Source: Alkalispirochaeta sp.
GTDB taxonomy: Bacteria; Spirochaetota; Spirochaetia; DSM-27196; Alkalispirochaetaceae
Direction: 5' to 3'
Length of the DNA stretch: 64,000 bases
Assembly: GCA_965601925.1 (NCBI GenBank)
Contig: OZ271854.1
Span: forward strand, 4,128,001 to 4,192,000
A program made the translations under genes and the position numbers. Under the pieces are notes generated by a model, which saw nothing but the letters and a program-made list of their open reading frames with translations, made no database searches and was not told the origin of the DNA. The number at the start of each line of letters is the position of its first letter. Positions within the stretch are counted from its first letter, which is position 1. Shown piece by piece: positions 20,917 to 30,400 of the stretch.

Positions 20917-23413
20917 TAATAATACCATCCTGTATAGGGTGATGGAGGCGTCAGCAAACCATCAAATGATGGAGCACCAGGATAAGCCCGATCGGCTCCC
21001 ATGAAACCGCCAATAGCATACGCCATCAACTCCTCAGTGTGGCCAAAATATGAATAGGGAAAACCTGGACTGATAGACCTGTTGATGCCCTCGACACCGT
21101 AGTTGTATACCCATTGGCCCGCAGACGTCGTCTGGCCGGTCTTCAGCACACCGGTCGTCAATGCTCGCAAGCTGTGTACACCTTCATGCATAAGAACGGC
21201 CGCGCGACTCTGACTAATACGACCAGGCTGAAGATCGCCGGCTTGCAATGGAGTAAGCACAAACTCTCCAAAGCTCATCATACTTGGAAGTCGATTTAGA
21301 TTTGGTGCACTTCCCGCAATCTGTGAGCTGATTGATGCGGCTAACTCGAACTGTTTCGTCGTTAGTCCGAGCACACTCAAGTTATCTAACACATCTTGCG
21401 TACCCTGCTGCCCCAATCCGTTCAATGTTCCTTGCAACTCCTGCAGTGGCCCAACAAACACTGAATCCTGAGGATTGTTGAATAGTTGGTCGCCGAAACT
21501 ACCCGATGTCCGATCGTGCAGCATCTGAGCAACCATCTGGGTGTTAATTAGAGAATCGAACGATACGTTCACATTGGGCAAGAGTGCACTACCGGCAGGG
21601 TTCATATCGATTGCCTCACTCACCCCTTCGGCAAACGTCTCGGCCTGAAACGCCAGGTTGAACGCTTCGTTCTGCGTGTCCAAGAACTCCCGAAGCGGGA
21701 CCGTATTGCCGTTTCCGTCGACAACTTGGGTACTATGTTGATTGTTCGGTAGATTGACTTCTTCCCCTACCTCGATAGAATCCCGATCGACAAGATGCGG
21801 GTTCATCCCCACGATCATATCCACCAGCGCCGCAGCCTTCGGATCGTTTGGGTCGATGCCGTAGATCTCTTCAATTAGGCCGCCTAAGGTGTCCCCGGCC
21901 TCTACCTCAGAAACGAATCCTAAATCTCCCGTAGCATTGATCTCCTGCACCGTATGAAGCCAGTTATCCTCACTGAAATCATAGCCGGTCATCACGTGTT
22001 CGGCAAACGCACTGAAGTCGCCGCTCGCCAATGCCTCCTCCATCATGTCCGCCTGCTCGCGTAATGCCGCGTCGCTGTCCAAGAATCCTTCGTAGTCCTG
22101 CTCCATCCGCATCGCCATCAACGTGTGCGCCGCCACCGCATCAAACGTCTCCTCATATTGTCCCCGAAAACCGTCTCCGATCCCGTTCCGGTGCGCCTCG
22201 TGTTGTAGCACCACCCCCGCCCGCAGACGGCTATTCACATTGTCCCGACCCCGTTCGCCCAAGGTCCCCAGATGGATCGTCTTCCGGCCATTCTCCAGCG
22301 TCGTCTTTCCATCCTGATTCACAAACCCGATCGCCATATCCGTTCGTCCCGCCAGAATATCCTCGCGGGCCGCCTGTAGTTCCTCATCCCCGTACGAATA
22401 CGCCGATCGCAACATCGTCCCTTCCCGCCGTATCCCCTCATATCCTGCCGCATACCGCGTTCCGCCGAACAGCTCGTACGCTGTGTTCCGCATGTTCTCT
22501 TTCCACGTTCCGAACCCGGCAACTCCCTGCGCTACCGTCACCGCGCTCGCGTCGATTCCTCCCATACCCATATTGAATACCGGTCGGTCGCCGCCGATGT
22601 TGAACTCCAACAACCCCGTCGACACCATCGCACCATTCGCCATCTCGATGCCGAACATGTTCATATTCAGCATGTTCAACGTCGTCTCACCCGTCCACGC
22701 GTACTCCAGTCCCGCCTGTGCCGCACCGCCTACCAGACCGCTGAAACTCCTCGCTTGGCTTGCGTGTTCCGCGCTGAATCCTTCGAGGTTTCCTGCAACA
22801 CCCGCGCCCACAACCGCGCCGGCCAGTCCCGCCAGGGCGTCCTCGCTGATCGTCGCGTCCTGGAACGTGTCGGTGTTGAAGTCGATGTCAAAGAAGCTGT
22901 CGCTATTCCACTCCAGCGAGTTGATCGCCGCGCTCGTCGTCGTGCTTGCTACGTACTGCATCCCGGCCATCGCCGCCTGGCCCACCAACGTGCTTCCCAC
23001 GTTCACCACTTCACCCAATCCGCCGCTGATCAGGTTCGTCATGAGTGTCGCCGCGGCCTTCTTCCCAAACGCTTCCCACGCATCGTCCGCGTCTTGCGCT
23101 CCTACCGCCACGTCCAGGCTCGTGAAGATCGCGTCGTCGGTCATGCTGATCGCCGTCGAGACCGCCGCTCCCGCCGCGTTGCCCGCCACCGCCGTGACCG
23201 CCGCCCCCGCAACCGATGCCGCGACCGCAAACCCGATGTCGTACGCCATCGTCACCGTCGGGGCGCCCAATAGTCCGTCCGGCTTCCCGTCGTTGTTCGC
23301 GTCGTCGTCCCAGAATCGTTGGCGATACAGTGGTACTTCCATCGCCGCCAGTCCGCGGCCCAACCGCCCCTCGTTTTTCATGAACGATTCCATGATCCGG
23401 CCCATCTCGCCGT
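20916..23413 (-). CDS. Orphan C-terminal cassette 1 of the giant protein; LysM domain plus HExxH metallopeptidase-like tip
   Basis: First ~205 codons nearly identical to the giant gene at 26300-26915; LysM-like VEAGDTL..MNPHL..IEVGEEVNLP (~21748-21909); HEGVH at 21174-21188. Confidence 0.8.
22798..23413. repeat. 616-bp direct repeat of giant-gene segment 26300-26915
   Basis: Colinear near-identical DNA encoding GEMGRIME...AVVGAGV; differences mostly synonymous. Confidence 0.95.
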
Positions 23414-23742
23414 AGAGTCTCGGGCGCGTCTCCCCTGTTCCAATCACGGGGGCCGGCCGTCGATATCGATCACTCAGCAGGCCCTTCGGGCCAGAAGTCG
23501 CGATCGCCACCGCCGTCCGTTTCCCAGCGGTTTCTATCAGGTGTGGCTCGTCCTCGTATGATGTGTCGGGGAGACCGGGCTCCGGGTTCCAATTCCTCGG
23601 CCCGGCAATGGATGGATGGTGATGTGACTAATCTTGCGTCGGTCCGTTGGAATCACGCCGCGACGGCCGCTTCTCGGCTCACTGCCGATCGCCGGCGGTC
23701 GTCGCCCGGGCCTGTGGGATTTCCTCCCTCCGCCCTCGCGCT
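23414..23742 (-). repeat. Structured non-coding element, copy E3
   Basis: Alignable to E1 over its whole length (ends CTGTGGGATTTCCTCCCT..CTCGCGCT on the plus strand) except for two missing stem-loop modules. Confidence 0.9.
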
Positions 23743-23791
23743 CGTTGAGAGTTATGTTATTCCCAATAGCGATAGAGAGCGGCATAAAACG

Positions 23792-24463
23792 CTAAACCCC
23801 TTCGATCATGATGTACTGATCCGCCGGCACCTCTTCGATCAATTCAAGCGTCCCCGCATCGGGATCGATCCGAATAATCGCATCCGGATGAAACCACTGA
23901 TCGTATACCAACGGATCGGTTTCAAAGTCCCAGTGCTCCAACCCAAACGAGTACTCCACCCGCTCTCCGATGAGCGATGAGGGATCGGAAACCGCCGCCA
24001 AGTCTTGGATCGTCACCAACGTGTTCTCCTTCTCCACGATCAGCCAATCGGAGAGTCGATAACTGTCGCCGTCTCGACGTGAGTAGAAAAACACAGCTCG
24101 GTCGGCTAAAGCAGCAATGTTAAACCAGCCAGTATCTCCCGTTCGCGGGATCGACATTCCTCCGCTATGATAAGCTCTATTTTCTTGTTGTTTCTCTCGA
24201 ATCCATCGACTCATGGTTGGAGTTGGCAGTTGTGCTCCACGATATTGCTCAAAGTCCACCGTCTCGTTGTTTCCTGCGTCAATCTGCTCGAGCAATTCGA
24301 TCAACTCCTCGTCGGTCATGGTCGGTCGCTGTCCCTCGGCAACGACCGGCTCGCTCGCGGTCGTGTCCATTTCGGCACTCATCGGCTCTTGCGTCTCTGC
24401 AGGGCGTACACAGGAACCCAACATCACTACCAACACTATCGTCATCATTATTATCCTGGCCAT
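23792..24463 (-). CDS. Lipoprotein, candidate cognate immunity of the M23 domain
   Basis: Lipobox LGSC; starts 2 nt after the giant gene stop. Confidence 0.7.
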   Translation of the reverse strand: MARIIMMTIVLVVMLGSCVRPAETQEPMSAEMDTTASEPVVAEGQRPTMTDEELIELLEQIDAGNNETVDFEQYRGAQLPTPTMSRWIREKQQENRAYHSGGMSIPRTGDTGWFNIAALADRAVFFYSRRDGDSYRLSDWLIVEKENTLVTIQDLAAVSDPSSLIGERVEYSFGLEHWDFETDPLVYDQWFHPDAIIRIDPDAGTLELIEEVPADQYIMIEGV

Positions 24464-24465
24464 CG

Positions 24466-27400
24466 TCAGTTCCCGTAGATGTGTGCGTCGAGATGAAAGG
24501 TATATTCGGTCGGATCCAAGAAGATGAACGGATCATAGCGATACCCCGTTCCTCGTGGCAGACGCTGATTCGCGTTGCTCATCAAGCTGTCCACCAACGG
24601 ACTTCGCTGCTGTGTCGTTATATCCACATGCAAGTGATTCCCATACGGCGACACACCTGGCCATACCCCTGTGTTGCCCGAGAGCCCGAGTTGCGTATTA
24701 CCGAACACCAACTGACCGTCTGCAAGGTTCTCGTTTCGTGACTCAAGATGAAGGTAGCGGGTCAGGATCGAATCGGTGCGAGGCTCTCCCTTGAATGTAT
24801 ACGTAACATCCGTGCGTGTCTCCTGAAAAAGTCCTGCAGCCACATTCAAATCGTCTCCAAAATTGTTGAATCGTGTATTTCCCCCGAACATGGAATGGAC
24901 CGGCGTACCCGCGGGCACGGCAAAGTCCACCCCGGTGTGCGGATTGGCCGAGTATGACCCGGTCGCGCCGAAGATCGCCGTCACCTCCGAGCCCGCCATG
25001 ATGTTATTCACCTGCAGATTCGTCTCCCCCGTGATGAAGTTCTGCTCCTTCCACTGCTCGTAGCTGATCACATCCACCTCCGGTTGCCGCCCGTCCCAAT
25101 AGTCGGTCTCCGGTCCCAATACCACCGGTCGCTCCACGTCCATCAACCCTCGCGCTACCAGGTCATTATAGATATTCAGCGTGTTGTGTCCCGCCAGCCG
25201 CTCGTTATAGATCGCCGCATACCGCTCGTTGTCCAGTCCAATCGAGCGGCCCGCGTTGCCCTCGTGGTTCCACCATACGCCCTCTCCGCGAAGCTCGAAC
25301 TCCTCGCCCCGCAAGAGCTCCGCCGCCTCGGCCGCCCCGATTCCCAGGATGTTCTGCAATCCTCCCTGAATCCCCTCGGCACCGATCCGGTTCCCGTCGT
25401 CGTCCAGGATGTAATTCCCGTTCGAGTCCTTCAACCACCCGTCTTCGGTCATCACCAACGAGCCGTCTTCCATCAGTTTCCAGTTATCCACCGGTCCCTG
25501 ATTCGGGAGGTAGCTCCGGCCGTCCGCCAATGCATCCTCGATACTCTGCTCAAAGGCCGCATTCCCCTCCAACTCTAACGCCGCGACCACATTGTTGTAC
25601 ACCGCATCACCCACCAGATGGGCGTTCGCCTCCGTCGTCTCCCCGGTCAGCATCCGGTCAAACAAATGCGTTCCCTCGTGCGCCGCCACCGACGCCAACA
25701 TCGCCGCCGTCTCTTTGTCATTCGCCAGCAGGTCTCGGTTCATCACGATTGTCGTCGGATCCGCTCCATGGTTGTAGTATCCGTAGTGTCCTTCGTCCAG
25801 ATCCTCATAGCGCGTCTGGATGTCTTTATTCCACACCCCCGTTGCCAACGCCAGATTCCCCGCGATCGCATTGTAGTTCACCAGATTCAGGTCACCTCGA
25901 CTCTCAATTCCCCGTTTAGTACCCAATGCGCCGCCGATCTTCGCACTCCCGATCCGCGCAATATCGCTCATACCGCCCATCGCCGTCGCAATCGAGCCCA
26001 CGTCAAAGCTCGTACCCCCGCTTCCCACGTTGAACGCAGGGCCGTCGCCGCCGATGTTGAACTCCAACAGTCCCTGACTCAGGATTCCAGGCCCATCGCC
26101 CGTCTCATACTCGATACCCAGCATGCTCAGGTTCACCAGGTTCGCCGTCGTGTCTCCCGTCCATGCGTAGTCCACACCCATCTTGGCTGCGTTCCCCGCA
26201 AGACTCGAAAAGCTCGTGATCGCGTCGGTGTCGAATACCTCGCTGTTCAACGCAACGCCCGTGCCGTCCGATCCCAGGAAGTCTCCCAGTCCGCCGGTCA
26301 CCCCCGCTCCCACAACCGCGCCGGCAAGGCCCGCCAGGGCGTCATCGCTCATCGTCGCATCCTGGAAGGTGTCGGTGTTGAAGTCGATGTCGAAGAAGCT
26401 GTCCGAGTTCCATTCCAACGAGTTGATCGCCGCACTTGTAGTGGTGCTTGCCGCGTATTGCATGCCCGCCATCGCCGCCTGGCCCACCAACGTGCTGCCC
26501 ACGTTCACCACTTCTCCCAATCCGCCGCTGATCAGGTTCGTCATGAGTGTCGCCGCGGCCTTCTTCCCAAATGCCTCCCACGCATCGTCCGCGTCTTGCG
26601 CTCCTACCGCCACGTCCAGACTCGTGAAGATCGCGTCGTCGGTCATGCTGATTGCCGTCGACACCGCCGCTCCCGCCGCGTTCCCAGCCACCGCCGTGAC
26701 TGCACCGCCGACCACCGATGCCGCGATCGCAAACTTGATGTCGTACACCATCGTCACCGTCGGTGCGCCCAACAGTCCGTCCGGTCTCCCGTCGTTGTTT
26801 GCGTCGTCGTCCCAGAATCGTTGGCGATACAGCGGCACTTCCATCGCCGCCAGTCCGCGGCCCAACCGCCCTTCGTTCTTCATGAACGCTTCCATGATCC
26901 GGCCCATCTCGCCGTGACCCGCTTCCTGCACTCGCTCCGGGTTGTCGCTGCGCATGATCGGCGCGTAGCCGACGTGGAAGTTGAATAGTCCTTCCGTGTC
27001 GTGGTGCAGGTACTCCTCCTCGCCGCTCTCTTCATTCTCCCGCGTCCGGTGGTAGCCCGCCGCCGCTTCCCAACTCGCGGTGGCTGCCGCAAAGCGCTCT
27101 TTGAGCTCGCCGTTCAGCTCCTCGATACTGATCGCGCCGGTTCCTTCGTCTTTCTGGTCGTCGTTCCGTCCGAAGATCAGAATCTGATATCGCTCCATCT
27201 CTTCGTACGCCGCCGCGATCATCGTCTGGATGCCTCGACTCGACAAGCCGTCCAACGACTCCTCCGAGAGGTCCACCTGGGGTGCAAAGACCGGTGAGGT
27301 GAAGTAACGATAGTCTTCTACTCGCTGTGTCTCTCGTTCGATGCCCCCAAACAGCGTCTCATCGATGATGATCCGGCGACTCCATTCTCGTCCCGATAAG

Positions 27401-30400
27401 CGGTATCCTTCCCGCTCGAAGGTGTCCTCGATGCTTCCCGCCATGTTCCGGTTCGCGTCGTCTATCCCGTCGGTCGCCGCGTTGATCCCTTCGCGGATCT
27501 GTTCCCGCATCTGCAATGCCGTCACGCGCATCGCGCGCCGCTGGATCTCTTCGCCCAACTCGTCCGATAGCGCTCGGGCGCTTCGCGCACTCTGCGTCGT
27601 CGAGCGTACCCGCGGCAGATACGCCGCCACGATCGGGCTCCCGCCGGCGCGGTCGGCGATCCGGCCCGCCTCGCGCACGATCGTCGAGAGCATCCGTCCG
27701 TCGGTCGCCTCCCGCACCGTGTGTTCCAGATTCCCCACTTCGATATCCAGATCCGGGACTGCGATCGCTTCGCTTTCGGCGATCAGCCGTTCGGCGTCCA
27801 GTCCCACTTGTCGCGCCGTCGCCTCGCTCCCGGCGCGCACCGCGTGCTGCGTCGTCCGTTCGATCCATTCCGTACGCGATTGCGTCATCCGGTCGTAGCG
27901 GGCGTTCCACACCGCCACCGCCTCCGCATACGCCTCCTGCGTCTCTTCCTGGAACCGTTTCCGCTGTCCCGCCAACCGGACCGATCCCGCCTGCCACTCC
28001 GTGAGGCCCGTCGCCACGAGGCTGTTCATCCGGACCGTCCAGTCGTCCTCGCGACGCATCAGCGTCTCGTACTCCATGGTCAGGCGGTGGGATTGCGCGG
28101 TATGGACGCCGCCCAGGCGCATCCCCGCCGCGTCGTGAATGTGGGCGGCGATCAGCTCCAGCTGAAATGCCCGCGCCTCGTCGTTGAAGGTCGCAAGAGC
28201 GCCGGTCGGCGCTCCCGTCGTACCGCGGCGAATCAAGACCGCCTCCATCGATCCCTGTCGATACGCCATGTGGTCGGCGATGTCGTAGGCGGGGTCGGCA
28301 AAGCGCGTGCGCGTCACCGTCTCCAGCTCCGCCTCGGTGACCTCTTCGCCCCGCAGATAGCGTCCCAACACCGTCTCGTAGGATATCTGGTCGTTCTGTT
28401 GCACCGTCGCCAGCTCCGCGATCCGGTCGGCGACCGCCGTTCCCGCGGTATGGACGTCCGATGCCAACCGCGCCTCGGCGGCGGCAAGGACCGAGAGGCT
28501 CGTCGCGCGCTCCGATGCGCTTCCGCCGCTCACCACCTCGGCAATCATGGCGCTCAGTTCGGCCGAAATCGCACCGGTACCCGACGCGGTCAGGGAGGTA
28601 CGCACCTCCGCCGCGGTGGGGCGTTTGCCCGCCAGTACGCGCAGCTCGGCCGCCTTCGTATTCTGATCGTCAAGCGCCGTCGTTCCTTCGCCGAATAGTT
28701 CCATCGAGACCGTCCGCTCGTCCGCACCGGAGTAGTTCGGCAGCTGTCGCCGCAGGCTTCGGATACGCTTACCTCGGCGTCGCTTGAAGATCCGTCGGAG
28801 CCGCATGTAGTCCCGCTGCTTGTCCCGCGCCCGGTCGTCCACGTACTCGCGCGCGATATGTGAGACGTCGTCGGCGACCCACGTAACGTGGTCGGCGGCA
28901 AACGATACGTTCTCCCCGCCGTGCACCACTACCATAGAAAAGAAGCGATAGGCGCCCAGTGCCAAACTGTTCCCGTGCACCCGATGGTGTGCCGCCTCGA
29001 GGTCGTTTCTGACGCGGCTGTCCACGCTTCCTTGAGACCATCCGATCTTGCCCAATAGGTTATTGAAGGTCTGATTGTTGTAGATCGGCGCTTTGGTCAC
29101 CGCATAGTCATCCTCAGGATGAACACCGGCAAAATAGAGGTCGTAATACAACGCCAGGCCGATATCGCGATATACTCCGCCACCCAGTTGGTTCATCGTG
29201 CGAATCCATGCACCCAAATCGGTCGAAAAGGCTTCCTGCCAGTCGCCGGAGAAGTAGCCGGCGGTCTGAAACCGTTCCGAATTTCCCGAAATCCGTCCCG
29301 TACCGATCGCGTCGTAGTCCGGTGCGAAGGTATAGTCCGCGCCGTATACCAGCTGATGGGCCGTCCGTGCGACCTCCATTTGGCTCGCCGCCAATGCACC
29401 TTCGGCCCCCGAGGTCTTGACCGCCAACGTCTCCCGGACCACCGCCGCCTCTTGGTAGGTCAGCATCGCCTCGCGCTCCTCGGCGATGAGGTCTTCGTAG
29501 CGCTGGTCCCGACTCGCGTCGGTCACACGCTCGGCGTGCTCTTCCACCAGACGCAAGGCGGTGCGCGCTCGTTCCAACTCCTCGCTCCGCCGCAGCACCA
29601 CCGCCGCCGGGTCGATCTCGTCGGTCAGATACCCGGTGCGCGCGTAGTCCATGATCTCCTCGGCCTCTTGTAGCTCCCGGCGTGCCGCAGTATACGCGCC
29701 CCGCGCCGTATCCACTCCGCTCGCCGCCGCCGCATAGTCCGTTACCGCCTCATCAAAGGCGCGAATCGCCTCCTCGTACTCCCGTCGGGCGTCGTCCACC
29801 CTCCCGCGCTGCGTCTTGATATCTTCCTTCAGCGGGGCGATGGTATTTGTCGCAAACTGCGCGGCATCCGCCTCAAAGTCCGCCTGCGTCGCCCGCGCCG
29901 CATCCAGGTCACCCAGCGTCCCCAGATAGGTCGACTCGGCACCCAGAAAGGTCGTCCGGGCGCCGGATCGTGCGCTCCCCGCCGCCCCGTCGGTCACCAA
30001 CTCCACGATCTCGTCGCGGCTGCTCGTCGTCAACGCCGCGATCGCCTCGCCGATCAGTCCCTTGATCGGCGCGCTCGCGATCCCCCCGGTAGTCGTCGGG
30101 CTGGTCAGGGTGTGATAGCTCGTGTCACCCGCCTCGTCCACCAGATGTCGCAACCACGCCGCCCCGGCGTTGGCTTTCGTCAGACCCTCGTACTCACTCC
30201 GCAGGGCGCCGACACCCGCGTCGTCGGCACTCCCGCCGACCGCGGCCGCCGCCGCATCGCGATCATCCGTACTCGCATCCGGGTCTTCCAACACCTCCAA
30301 CGCCGCGGCCAATACTTCGGCGCGCTCCCGATTCTCCACGGGACCCACGAACGACACCGACCCACCCAGCTCCGCGATCCGCGCCCGCGTGTACACCGTC

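Noticed and set aside
14590..23742. Repeated element as a CRISPR array, group II intron, hammerhead ribozyme or canonical attC
   Set aside because: No short repeat-spacer periodicity and no domain V-like hairpin. CTGCTGAG and GAGGACGAGAC resemble hammerhead core pieces but are not arranged around a stem II. No RYYYAAC/GTTRRRY ends, and no intI in the window.
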